Notes under the pieces: generated by a model
The model's input: only the letters and a program-made list of their open reading frames with translations
Database searches by the model: none
Told to the model about the DNA's origin: nothing
Part shown: positions 48,387 to 58,504 of the stretch, in pieces
How positions within the stretch are numbered: position 1 is the first letter of the stretch
How the letters are laid out: the number at the start of each line of letters is the position of its first letter
NCBI GenBank assembly: GCA_943787265.1
Contig: CALSLT010000044.1
Span: forward strand, 1-64,000
Reading direction: 5' to 3'
From: an uncultured Planctomycetaceae bacterium
GTDB taxonomy: Bacteria; Planctomycetota; Planctomycetia; Planctomycetales; Planctomycetaceae
Length of the DNA: 64,000 nucleotides
Translations under genes and position numbers: made by a program

Positions 48387-48574
48387 AAACTAATTCAGGT
48401 GTCCATCCCAACTGGGCAATCGCAAGATGTGAATCCGCCATGCGTTCTTTTCGAGCGGTTGTTCTGACGGCGAGATATCAACTCTGAGTGACAACGTGAC
48501 ATCCGTTTCGGCTACGTCGATCGGGATTCACTGTTTTCTTCCCCATCTGATTCCGGTCGAGGGAGGCTGTTATT

Positions 48575-49500
48575 ATGAGGCGAGTCCTTATCAGACGACG
48601 TAACGCGTTCACCCTTATAGAACTTCTGGTGGTAATCGCGATCATTGCGATCCTCGTTGCTCTACTGCTACCCGCTGTGCAGCAGGCCCGCGAAGCGGCC
48701 CGCCGTTCTCAGTGCGCAGCCAATCTGAAGCAGTGGGGAGTAGCACTCCACAACTACCACGATGTGACGAACCAGTTGCCTCCATCAACAATCAATCCCG
48801 GTTCAAACCGGTCACAGCTGTATGTGCCCATCGGAGGGATTCGCAATCACACGGGCTATTTGATGCTTCTGCCGTATATCGATCAAGCTCCGTTGTACGA
48901 ACAGATCGACTTCGATTTGGCTACTGGAAAAGCCGTGGTGGTGGAGGCTACCAGGCGGCTCTGGATGGCAAGTCAGTGCCGATTCAGTTTTGCCCGTCCG
49001 ATCCCGAATTTGATAGGGTTCACACGTATATACCGCAGAATATGTATACTTCGGAGCGGTTCACTCGAGTCAATTACGGGTTTGTTCACGAGGATTACGA
49101 ATATAGTGGGAATTCCGGTGGTCACTGGTCCAAGAACAAGTCAGCGGCTAGGTCGGCGTTCGGTATTAACCGGTCGGCTTCGTTCAAGAACTTTGTGGAC
49201 GGTACGTCAAACACGATTGTCATGATCGAGACGCCACAGGAAAAGGACAATGCGGCCTTCGGTCCAATTCTTCAGGCCTACACGCACACGCATTTCATCA
49301 CTCCCTGGCGACGCGGTCTGAATGAGCAATACGGCAGCAAGAACGTTCCGTATGCCTGGGGCGCTGGCAGTCATCATATTGGGGGCTGTCATGCTCTGCT
49401 CGGCGATGCAACTGTCAAGTTTCTCAATCAGAACATGAGTCGCAAGACGCTACGGGCTATCGAATCTATCGATGGTAAGGAAACGAATGGTGACTTCTAA
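48575..49500 (+). pseudogene. DUF1559 domain protein (prepilin-type N-terminal cleavage/methylation signal), frameshifted
   Basis: N-terminus in frame 2 ([37 protein letters not shown]) and C-terminus in frame 1 (…FCPSDP…GGCHALLGDATVKFLN). Junction lies near 48910-48945, around GTGGTGGTGG. Confidence 0.7.
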
Positions 49501-49613
49501 GTGGCGTTCGGTGGCGTAAGTACTTCTGTCCCACATTGCACTTTTTTGCCAGTGCGGTGGTTGGCTTTACAGTGGCCGGCGAGTGCTGGTGTCTTACCTT
49601 CTGGTGAAATTCG

Positions 49614-50048
49614 ATGACGCGAATCTACATCTTGAGTTTGCTTGTATTGTGCGGCTGTGGCGGTGCTGAGGGGCCGCCGATGGCGGACGTGTCCGGCACC
49701 ATTACTTTGGGGGGGAAGCCGCTCGCGGGAGCCGAGGTCCACTTCCTTTCTGGCGATTTTGAAGGCTACGGAAGGACAAATGATGAAGGACGCTACTCCT
49801 TGGTTCGTGGGGCCCCGGTGGGAGAATGCAGTGTCTACATCACGAAGGCATCGGACGTGGCGCCCGGTGAAGGAGTTGATACAAGCATAGATGGGATGGA
49901 CAAGGAGCAGATCGAAGCAATGGCAGTGGGCGCTGAGGGGGAAGGAGCTAAGCCGCTTCTACCACCGGAATTCAGCGACCCGGCACAGTCTAAGTTAAGT
50001 TTCGATGTTCCTTCCGGGGGAGCGGAAGATGCCGATTTCAAACTTTGA
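49614..50048 (+). CDS. lipoprotein with carboxypeptidase-regulatory-like fold (typical DUF1559 partner)
   Basis: Lipobox LLVLCGCGG; GKPLAGAEVHF...NDEGRYSL beta-sandwich motif. Confidence 0.7.
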   Translation: MTRIYILSLLVLCGCGGAEGPPMADVSGTITLGGKPLAGAEVHFLSGDFEGYGRTNDEGRYSLVRGAPVGECSVYITKASDVAPGEGVDTSIDGMDKEQIEAMAVGAEGEGAKPLLPPEFSDPAQSKLSFDVPSGGAEDADFKL

Positions 50049-50091
50049 CGTTGTTGTTGCGGTTCCGTCGTCCGAGGCGCGATAGAACTCA

Positions 50092-52008
50092 ATGTCGATG
50101 AGTGGTAATCGTCAATTCTGCTTGGTTTTGGTTGCAGTGGGGGCCCTTGCGGGCGCTGGGGTTTGGCTGGGTTCCGATAGATCGCCAGTTCCAGAGACAC
50201 CGGTGTTACCTGCGAGAGACGAGCAGCCGCCGACCAAACTCGTGTCTCGTTACCGGAGTGTGTTTGAGTCTGAATTCAGCGGAAGCGCCAGTTGCCAGGA
50301 GTGCCATATTGCGGAAGCCCGGTCGTTCAATCAGACGCCGCACAGCCACTCTCTGGAAATGGTTATTGCAGAAGATGAACCTTCCGATGTTGAGTTTGCT
50401 CATGCTGCGTCACGCCGCGCGTACAGAGTCTTTCGCCGCGACGGCGAGTTGTGGCACCAAGAGATTGCCAACGATGATCAGGGTGAGATCAGCCTCGGTG
50501 AATTTCCCGTGGCATGGCGAATCGGATCCGGCCATCACAGCCGAAGCTACCTGATTGATGTCGATGGGTACCTTTTTGAATCTCCCGTGACTTGGTACTC
50601 AGCCACTGATTCCTGGGGGATGTCACCCGGCTATGATTTTCGTGACCACGAGGGGTTCAGCCGCGCTGCTCACGAGGGCTGCGTTCAATGTCACGCATCG
50701 CGAGTTGAGTCGGCCGAAAACTCCACGCATCACCTGAATATTATTGAACCGTCCATCGGCTGCGAAAGCTGTCATGGTCCGGGAGCGATGCACGTTCGAG
50801 AGCGAACGTCGGAAGTCAGCATCGTCGGGGAATTTGACGACACTATCGTGCGTCCCGGCGAGCAGTCTCGCGAAATCAACGAAGCGATTTGTGCCCGCTG
50901 TCATTTACGGGGGGCGGGCTGGTCTAACGTTCGAGGACGGTCAAGCATCGACTTTCGGCCCGGCCTGTTGATGACAGACTTTCGTGTCGATTTTGCCCCT
51001 GAGAATGCTACTGGCGAGATGAAAGTGGTCGGCCACTTCGAACAGATGCACGCCAGTCGCTGCTACATCGAGTCAGACACTCTGACCTGCACAACATGCC
51101 ACAATCCACACGCAGCTCCATCTGCTGAAATGAAAGTTGAATACTATCAACGGAAGTGTCTTAGTTGTCATGAGTCAGAGGACAGCGGCTGCACTTTGCC
51201 GGAACCGGAACGGCTGGCAGAAAGTCCTGTTGACAACTGTGTGGCCTGTCATATGCCTGAGTCAGGAACTGACATTCCGCACTTTTCATTTACCCATCAC
51301 TGCATTGCGATTCGGCATCCGCGTCAGCACGATGACCAGAAGGAAGAGACACTTTCCAAACTGGTACCAATCGGTGATGTGTCACGTCTCTCAGGACTTG
51401 ATCTCGAACGATGCCTCGGTCGCGCCTGGTTGCGTTATGGCGACAGCCTGAAGACTCGTGAGAGGTTTGCGGCATTTGACAAAGCGGCCACGCGCCTTCA
51501 TCGTGTCTATCAGGCGGGTATGCAGGATGCCGGTGTCTCAGGCGGTCTCGCATATCTTCACTGGATCAAACGCGACCCAGTCTGCATCGACTTTGCCCAA
51601 CAGGCATTGAGTTCGCCAGATTGCACAGCAAAGATTCGCTCTGACTCACTGATTGTTCTAGGTGATATGCATTTTGAACGTGGTGACATGGAGGCTGCTG
51701 AATCTGCGTTTGATGAATTGACGAGACTCCGTTTGCGATACACCGACTGGCAGATGTTGGGAATCTGCAGAGCGCGGCTAGGGAAAATCGACGAAGCAAT
51801 CCTTGCTCTTCAGGCAGCGGTCAAGCTCAAGCCAGGATCAGTCGAACTCCACCTCCTACTGGCGACTATCCTCAATACAGCGGGCCAGAAGAGCCTTGCG
51901 GAAACTCACCGCAAGATCGCGCTGCGGCTTGAAAAGCAATTAGCTGCCGACAGCCAGCAAAATCGGTGGCCTGAAAGTACTCCGTCAGCGAATCACCGAC
52001 GGCCTTGA
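50092..52008 (+). CDS. multiheme c-type cytochrome (7 CxxCH) fused to C-terminal TPR repeats
   Basis: Signal peptide; CQECH, CVQCH, CESCH, CARCH, CTTCH, CLSCH, CVACH; C-terminal TPR-like helices. Confidence 0.8.
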   Translation: MSMSGNRQFCLVLVAVGALAGAGVWLGSDRSPVPETPVLPARDEQPPTKLVSRYRSVFESEFSGSASCQECHIAEARSFNQTPHSHSLEMVIAEDEPSDVEFAHAASRRAYRVFRRDGELWHQEIANDDQGEISLGEFPVAWRIGSGHHSRSYLIDVDGYLFESPVTWYSATDSWGMSPGYDFRDHEGFSRAAHEGCVQCHASRVESAENSTHHLNIIEPSIGCESCHGPGAMHVRERTSEVSIVGEFDDTIVRPGEQSREINEAICARCHLRGAGWSNVRGRSSIDFRPGLLMTDFRVDFAPENATGEMKVVGHFEQMHASRCYIESDTLTCTTCHNPHAAPSAEMKVEYYQRKCLSCHESEDSGCTLPEPERLAESPVDNCVACHMPESGTDIPHFSFTHHCIAIRHPRQHDDQKEETLSKLVPIGDVSRLSGLDLERCLGRAWLRYGDSLKTRERFAAFDKAATRLHRVYQAGMQDAGVSGGLAYLHWIKRDPVCIDFAQQALSSPDCTAKIRSDSLIVLGDMHFERGDMEAAESAFDELTRLRLRYTDWQMLGICRARLGKIDEAILALQAAVKLKPGSVELHLLLATILNTAGQKSLAETHRKIALRLEKQLAADSQQNRWPESTPSANHRRP

Positions 52009-52189
52009 AACTCGCTCCGACGAAGCCTCTGCGGGCGACGTTTGGTCTTCAGGAATAGGCACGCCGATGGCCTCGTTGCAAGACGATTCCTTCGTCAGCT
52101 CAAAACGCGGCATGATTCTCGCAATCGGTGATTGCCGGCAATAGTCACAGCGGTACACTTCTGGCTGGACCTGAAGCATTCCGCACTAG

Positions 52190-53093
52190 GTCGTACGGAC
52201 ATTCAGATCATGTCTGTGATGAGTGCGGCGAGCCAGATGAAGCCGGCAAAGTTAGCTGGCTTTTTCTCGTAGCGTGTGGCGATGCGGCGGCAGTGTTTGA
52301 TTCTTCCAAAGAATCGTTCGATGAGATTGCGGTGTTTGTAGACCGTCCTGTTGTATCTCCTTTTCTTTTTGCGTCCGGCATTTGGCTTGATGCACACCTT
52401 TGCCCTGAGTTGTCGGGCACGCTTGCGAATCGCGTCTGAATCGTAGGCGGCGTCGGCAATGATCGTGCCCACGTCACCTCTTCGGAAGTCTTTGAGCAAC
52501 TGTTCTCCCAAAGGAGCATCGCCACGCTGGCTCACCGTCAGTTGGAAGGTGACAAGCCGACCGCTCCTGCCAGTTACTGCGTGAACTTTGGTCGTCAGTC
52601 CGCCACGAGAACGGCCAAGGCAGCGTCGTTCGTCAGCGTCTTCTTTTTTTCATCTGCCAGGCGGCGTCCTGTGGAAGCGACCGGGTGAGCTTTGATGCTG
52701 GTAGAATCGATCTGTACTTCCTGCAATTCGTCTGTCAGTCCTGACTCACCGATGGCCGGGAAAATCCGCTCCCAGACACCTCGGGAACACCAGCGATCGT
52801 ACCGCTTCCAAACCGAGTTGGGTTTTCCGTATCGACCAGGAAGATCTTCCCAGGGAATGCCAGTTTTCAGCACAAACAACACGGCGTTGATAAACAATCG
52901 ATTGTTACGACCTGTCCGCCCTGGATCACTTTTCTTTCCCGGGATCAAACTCTTGATCACATTCCACTGTTCATCACTCAGTTCATGACGTCGGACCATC
53001 GTGCTCCTCCTTGAGACGATAGACATCCTCATTCAAACTAACGACAAACAGCAAGATGAATGTCCGTACGACCTAGGCCTTGTCATGAAGTAC
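52190..53093 (-). mobile_element. IS5-family (IS427-group) insertion sequence
   Basis: 24-bp terminal IRs CACTAGGTCGTACGGACATTCAG (52192-52215) and CTGAATGTCCGTACGACCTAG (53069-53090). Two overlapping transposase ORFs with an A8 slippery run at 52590-52600. Confidence 0.8.
52203..53032 (-). CDS. IS5 family transposase (two ORFs, programmed -1 frameshift)
   Basis: The N-terminal ORF (52595-53032) carries the IS5/IS427 HTH ([14 protein letters not shown]...[17 protein letters not shown]). The C-terminal ORF (52203-52535) carries the DDE part (AYDSDAIR...[23 protein letters not shown]). Confidence 0.8.
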
Positions 53094-54242
53094 CGAACAA
53101 AGACGATCCTGCTTCTCATTGTGCTGATTCCCGCACCGCTGGCTGCGTGCTTGTGGGATTCCGACACGCTTGAAGAGGAGCGGCGGCAGTTTCCGTCCGT
53201 GCTGGAGCTGATCACCGGGAAGTTTCTGCGTCACTCGCCAGCGTTCTATGAATGGCGGATTGAAGACCGAAAGAAACGTCTGGAACAGGAACCCGAGAAT
53301 GTCGCTTTGTACGACGACCTCGCCGTTGCCTATGAGAAAACCGGTCAGACGGATCTGGCCATCGAGACGATTTTGAAGAAGGAAGAAATCTCACCCGGCC
53401 TGTACGAGACCTACGCGAATCTCGGAACGTTCTACATTCACGCCGGTCGTCTCGAAGAAGGCTTGAATGAGATTGAGAAAGCGATCGAGATCAACCCTGA
53501 CGCTCACTTCGGACGCGAGGTCTACCAGAAGTTACTCGTCGAATATGTTCTTTCGAAAAAGCGTGCTCACATTCTGAACTTGCCAATGAACACCGAATAC
53601 GACGGAAGACCATTCGGTTTTGCTGTTCACGTCATGCTCGAGAATCTTGCGCCCGGTGAAGACTGGCCTTCTTCGGAGAGTACTGTAGAAAACCATACTG
53701 CCACCAAGGGTGTCTTGGGAATGATGAGGTTCGGCAACTTTGACTCTCCAATTCTGCTTGAAGCTTTGGCATCGCTGCTTCTCAACGAATATGACGAGAC
53801 GCAATCGAAACAACTTGCCGCGAGAGCACTCCTGCAGGCTTCCTACGTGTCTGAGGCCACTCGTCAAAAGGAGGCTTTCAGAACGATCGCTGAGCAGGCG
53901 CTGATGATGCAGACACGTCCTGGGACGATTGACCAAATCTCACTGGAAGAAGTCGAAGGCCAGTTTCTCACGGAACTCGCAGAGGCTAAAGCCTGGTATA
54001 AAATGCTCGTCGAACGGGAAGAACGTTGGATTGAGGCTGGCCTTAATCCAGATGAAGAGTCGGACAAACTTAACCTGAAAAACGTCCGAGTTTCATCGCA
54101 GCTCATATCTTCGTCTGGCGAAGGGCCAAATCGGCGTTTACGTCGAGATGCGATTCCGATCGCAATTTCCGGGTTGGCCATACTCGGAGCGTTAATGCTT
54201 AGGTGGTCACGGCGTAACAGAAATGGCAAGGCACAATTTTAA
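53085..54242 (+). CDS. TPR-repeat protein with signal peptide
   Basis: Start at ATG 53085 (MKYRTKTILLLIVLIPAPLAAC); the ORF-track start at 53001 lies inside the IS inverted repeat. TPR motifs (ALYDDLAVAYEKTGQ, YANLGTFYIHAGR). Confidence 0.7.
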   Translation: MKYRTKTILLLIVLIPAPLAACLWDSDTLEEERRQFPSVLELITGKFLRHSPAFYEWRIEDRKKRLEQEPENVALYDDLAVAYEKTGQTDLAIETILKKEEISPGLYETYANLGTFYIHAGRLEEGLNEIEKAIEINPDAHFGREVYQKLLVEYVLSKKRAHILNLPMNTEYDGRPFGFAVHVMLENLAPGEDWPSSESTVENHTATKGVLGMMRFGNFDSPILLEALASLLLNEYDETQSKQLAARALLQASYVSEATRQKEAFRTIAEQALMMQTRPGTIDQISLEEVEGQFLTELAEAKAWYKMLVEREERWIEAGLNPDEESDKLNLKNVRVSSQLISSSGEGPNRRLRRDAIPIAISGLAILGALMLRWSRRNRNGKAQF

Positions 54243-54284
54243 GCAGGTAAGTCCGGGCTTGATTGTTAGGACTATTGCAGCCGA

Positions 54285-54593
54285 TCACGAAAACCACGTT
54301 CGGTAGTGCTGAAAGGCTCCGTAGACGAGGAACGATTCGATGAGGTTGCCAAGGACAGTCAGCCAGAAGATGAGGCGGAAACTCTTCTTGTAGGTTTTGT
54401 GGCGGAAGAGTTTTTGACCGGCGATGGCTCCGGGCCAGCCGCCGAGCAGCGAAAGTATGTGCAACGTCTTCTCGGAAATACGATCGCTGCCTTCCTGCTT
54501 TGCTCGGCGTTTGTCGATGCCGTAGACGACGAACGTTGCCAGACTCATCACTCCGAACCAGACGGAGCAAACGATGATCGCATTTTGACTCAT
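54285..54593 (-). CDS. DUF1294 domain membrane protein
   Basis: YGIDKRRAKQEGSDRISEKTLHILSLLGGWPGAIAGQKLFRHKTYK matches the DUF1294 consensus. Confidence 0.75.
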   Translation of the reverse strand: MSQNAIIVCSVWFGVMSLATFVVYGIDKRRAKQEGSDRISEKTLHILSLLGGWPGAIAGQKLFRHKTYKKSFRLIFWLTVLGNLIESFLVYGAFQHYRTWFS

Positions 54594-54902
54594 TGCGTTG
54601 CCTTGATCTCTTCTGACGTGAACTTCTGCGGCCAGCTTGCCGATTGAGGAAGGGTAATCGAAGGAGCGTCTGGCTGGTAAGTTCGCCTTGAGGACTCACC
54701 AGGCTGAACGAATTCTGAGAGTTTGAAACGCGGAGTTCACAGAGGACTTGCAGAGGCGCGGGGAGTTCTCCTTTTGTCTCTACGTTTGTTTTACTCAGCG
54801 GCCCGCTGCGTTCAAACTTTTTCTACTCTTGATTCATTGAGAGTTTTCGTCCGCCAGACTTCCCCTTGAGAAGGCCGACCGGTCACAATACACATCCTTC
54901 CT

Positions 54903-57900
54903 TTGCAAACTCGCCAATCGCCTTTTGCTCCCGACGGAACGAAAGCCATGCCTCGACGATCCTGGTTCAACTCTGCCGCTCTTTTCAGGGCACTCTGTTC
55001 CGCACTGACCGTTCTCTCGTTGACTGTGCATCCTGAAACTGCGTCTGCTCAGAATGAGCAGGCCGCTGCGACGACGCGGAAGATCGACTTCAACCGCGAC
55101 ATCCGCAGCATCCTTTCGAACCGGTGCTTTACTTGTCACGGTCCGGACGATGCCGAGCGACAGGCCGATCTGCGCCTCGACAATCGTGATGGAGCGACGG
55201 CCAGCCTTGGCGACTACGCCGCGATTGTTCCCGGCAAATCCGAAGCCAGCGAGTTGCTCAAACGCGTTTCGGCTTCCGATCCTGATTTGATCATGCCTCC
55301 AGCCGGCAAAGGAGCTCCGCTGTCGAAGGAAGAAATTGAAACGCTGACACAGTGGATCAAGCAGGGAGCCGGTTACGCCAGACACTGGTCCTACGAGCTG
55401 CCGATTCGGCCCGAACTTCCGCCGACGTCCAATAAGGGTTGGCAACGCAACGCGATCGACGCATTCATTCTTTCGCGGCTTGACCGCGAGAAACTTTCTC
55501 CCAACGAAGAAGCTGACCGAGCGGCGTTAATTCGCCGAGTCACTCTGGACCTTACCGGCTTGCCGCCGACTCTTGAGGAAGTCGAAGCGTTCCTCGCCGA
55601 CAAAGGTCCCAATGCGTACGAGATGCTGGTTGATCGGCTGCTCGAAAAAGACGCCTACGGCGAGCACTGGGCCAGAATGTGGCTCGACCTGGCGAGGTAT
55701 GCTGACTCGGCTGGCTACGCAGACGACCCCGCTCGCACAATCTGGGCTTATCGTGATTACGTCATTCGATCGTTGAATTCGAACAAGCCATTCGACCAGT
55801 TTACGGTCGAGCAAATCGCTGGCGACCTGCTGCCCGATCCTTCCGAAGATCAACTCATCGCGACGGCCTTTCATCGAAACACGCTGACGAACAACGAAGG
55901 CGGCACCAATGACGAAGAATTCCGCAATGTTGCGATCGTCGACCGAGTCAACACAACGATGGCCGTCTGGATGGGCACGACGATGGCGTGCGCTCAGTGC
56001 CACACTCACAAGTTCGACCCGATTACCAACGAAGAATATTTCAAGTTCTTCGCCTTCTTTAACAACTCGGAAGATGCCGATCGTCGCAATGAATCGCCGC
56101 TGATTCAGATTTATACCGACGAGCAGAAGCAGAACAGGACGCAGTGGGAACACGATGTTGAAGACCTGGCGAGAAAGCTGAGCACTCCGACTCCTGAGTT
56201 GTTGGCTGCTCAGGTGGCGTGGGAAAAACGGTTCGCCGTCGAACCGGCATGGCAGACGCTGACCACTGGAACATTCAGTGCGAAATCCGGTCGTAAACTG
56301 GAAGCCGCGGAAGACGGCACGATCAAAGTGGCCGATCAGGCGGTTACCGACACTTATTCGCTCGAGTTCCCACTATCGACGATTGGCGAAGGTGAGAAAC
56401 TGACAGCGATCCAGTTGGAAACGCTGCCTGGAAACACCTTTGTCGTATCGCGCGTGCTGGGCACCTTGATTCCACCGAATGGCTCGCGGCTGGACGGTCG
56501 ATTCATTCGCGTTGAACTTCCCGGCAAAGGCAAGATGGTGTCGCTCGCCGAAGTTCAGGTCTTTAGCGGATCCGAAAACATCGCTCTTAACGGTGAGGCG
56601 AAGCAGAGTACGACCGATTTCGGCGGACCGGCGAAGCTGGCGGTCGACGGCAACACGAACGGCCACTACACCGAAGGGAAGTCGGTGACTCACACGGCAG
56701 TATCCGACAACCCGTGGTGGGAAGTTGATCTGAAAGCGACGCAGCCGGTTGATCGTGTCGTCATCTGGAGCCGCACGGACGGTAATCTTCAGTCGCGTCT
56801 TGATGGATTTCTTCTGAAAGTCCTGAACGACAAACGAGAAACTATCTGGGAGCAAAAGATCGCAAAGGCTCCGAAGAACGACGGTGAGTACTCGCTGAGT
56901 TCAGCTCGCGGCATTCCGTTTGCGGCTGCGTTTGCAGACTTCGAACAAAGCGGCTTCCCGCCGTCATTCGTGATTAACAACCCGGATGTCAAAACGAAGG
57001 GGTGGGCTGTTGGTGGGGCTCAGCAGTTGCCGCACCGTCTGGCACTTATTCCCAAATCTGCGGTTGACGTGCCGGTTGGCTCAAAATTGTCGCTGACAAT
57101 CGAGCAGAATTCTCAGTGGGAGAATCACACGATCAGTCAGTTCCGGATTGCAACGACGTCTGAACCAGCAATCGTCGAGTTTACAAAGACACCAGCAGAT
57201 CAGCTTGCCATCCTGAAGACGCCGGTCGACAAACGCTCGGAAGCTCAGTCGACGAAGCTGACGACTTACTTCCTGCAGAACATCGCTGCGGCACTGAAGC
57301 CCGATCGCGATCTGCTCGCGCAGCGAAAGAAGCAGCTCACGGACCTCAAACCGGCGACGTCTGTGCCTGTCATGAAAGACCTGCCCGCTGACAAACGGCG
57401 CGTGACGAAAATCCAGATACGCGGAAACTTCCAGCAAACGAGCGATGAAGTCACCGAAGGCGTCCCTGCCGCGTTTCATCCGTTGTCTGATGATTTACCA
57501 CCGAATCGTCTTGCGCTGGCGAAGTGGCTGATCGATGAGAAGAACCCGCTAACGGCTCGCGTTGTCGCCAACCGGTACTGGGATGCGATCTTTGGCATTG
57601 GAATTGTCAGCACGAGCGAGGAGTTCGGCTCGCAGGGTGACTTGCCGGTTCATCCGGAACTGCTCGACTGGCTGGCCACGGAGCTCGTCGCTAGTAAGTG
57701 GGACATCAAGCACCTCGTCAAACTGCTGGTCTCTTCTGCCGCTTATCGACAATCATCGCGAGTTACTGAAGAGTTGATCGCTCGCGACCCACAAAACCGA
57801 CTGCTGGCACGCGGGCCTCGATTCAGGCTTTCGGCCGAGATGATTCGCGATCAGGCACTCGGTGTAAGCGGGCTGCTCGCTCAGAAACTCTACGGACCGC

Positions 57901-58442
57901 CAGTACGGCCACTCCAGCCCAACCAAGGCGTGAACGCCGCCTTCGGCAGCGCCATCGATTGGAAAACCAGCGAGGGTGACGACAAGTTTCGAAGAGGTCT
58001 TTACACCACTTGGCGACGCTCGAATCCTTATCCATCAATGATGGCGTTTGACGCGGTGAACCGTGAAGTCTGCACCGTACGACGAGACCGAACCAACACG
58101 CCGCTCCAGGCACTCGTCACGCTGAACGATCCAGTTTACGTTGAAGCGGCTCAGGCACTGGCACGGCGAATCGCCGCACACGACGGCTCAACTGCTGAAC
58201 GAGTTGCGTTCGGATTCCGACTGGCAACCGCTCGAACTCCAGAGCCGTTTGAACAAACGCGTCTCATCAAACTGTTCGACGTCGTTCGAGCCAGATATGC
58301 CGATGATTCTGAAGCAGCGACATCGATCGCCACGATGCCGCTGGGGCCCGTTCCTGAAGGAGCCTACGTCGTCGATCTGGCCGCGTGGACCGTCGTCGGA
58401 AACGTTCTGCTGAATCTCGACGAAATGTTTATGAAACGGTGA
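54903..58442 (+). CDS. PSD1-type protein (PSCyt1/2, DUF1549, F5/8-type C discoidin-like domain, DUF1553)
   Basis: 1179 aa. CFTCHGPDDAERQADLRLD heme-like motif, DUF1549 and DUF1553 blocks, paralog of 8345-11473. Followed by a DUF1501 gene. Confidence 0.85.
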   Translation: MQTRQSPFAPDGTKAMPRRSWFNSAALFRALCSALTVLSLTVHPETASAQNEQAAATTRKIDFNRDIRSILSNRCFTCHGPDDAERQADLRLDNRDGATASLGDYAAIVPGKSEASELLKRVSASDPDLIMPPAGKGAPLSKEEIETLTQWIKQGAGYARHWSYELPIRPELPPTSNKGWQRNAIDAFILSRLDREKLSPNEEADRAALIRRVTLDLTGLPPTLEEVEAFLADKGPNAYEMLVDRLLEKDAYGEHWARMWLDLARYADSAGYADDPARTIWAYRDYVIRSLNSNKPFDQFTVEQIAGDLLPDPSEDQLIATAFHRNTLTNNEGGTNDEEFRNVAIVDRVNTTMAVWMGTTMACAQCHTHKFDPITNEEYFKFFAFFNNSEDADRRNESPLIQIYTDEQKQNRTQWEHDVEDLARKLSTPTPELLAAQVAWEKRFAVEPAWQTLTTGTFSAKSGRKLEAAEDGTIKVADQAVTDTYSLEFPLSTIGEGEKLTAIQLETLPGNTFVVSRVLGTLIPPNGSRLDGRFIRVELPGKGKMVSLAEVQVFSGSENIALNGEAKQSTTDFGGPAKLAVDGNTNGHYTEGKSVTHTAVSDNPWWEVDLKATQPVDRVVIWSRTDGNLQSRLDGFLLKVLNDKRETIWEQKIAKAPKNDGEYSLSSARGIPFAAAFADFEQSGFPPSFVINNPDVKTKGWAVGGAQQLPHRLALIPKSAVDVPVGSKLSLTIEQNSQWENHTISQFRIATTSEPAIVEFTKTPADQLAILKTPVDKRSEAQSTKLTTYFLQNIAAALKPDRDLLAQRKKQLTDLKPATSVPVMKDLPADKRRVTKIQIRGNFQQTSDEVTEGVPAAFHPLSDDLPPNRLALAKWLIDEKNPLTARVVANRYWDAIFGIGIVSTSEEFGSQGDLPVHPELLDWLATELVASKWDIKHLVKLLVSSAAYRQSSRVTEELIARDPQNRLLARGPRFRLSAEMIRDQALGVSGLLAQKLYGPPVRPLQPNQGVNAAFGSAIDWKTSEGDDKFRRGLYTTWRRSNPYPSMMAFDAVNREVCTVRRDRTNTPLQALVTLNDPVYVEAAQALARRIAAHDGSTAERVAFGFRLATARTPEPFEQTRLIKLFDVVRARYADDSEAATSIATMPLGPVPEGAYVVDLAAWTVVGNVLLNLDEMFMKR

Positions 58443-58504
58443 CCCGACGAACGCTCGACCATCGACCATACCAATTCAGTACGTGATCAAAACCGGACTC
58501 AGCC

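Larger units (their letters stand above)
47150..48418 (+). mobile_element. IS3-family insertion sequence (orfA/orfB)
   Basis: Imperfect terminal IRs containing GGACACCTGAA (47157-47167) and TTCAGGTGTCC (48395-48405). orfA and orfB with an A7G slippery site at 47464-47471. Confidence 0.75.
46019..48443. mobile_element. IS30-family element carrying a nested IS3-family insertion
   Basis: Terminal inverted repeats ATGGGCGGATTCACATCT (46021-46038) and AGATGTGAATCCGCCAT (48424-48440, complementary). The transposase is internal, and the IS3 element sits between the transposase 5' end and the IS30 end. Confidence 0.7.
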
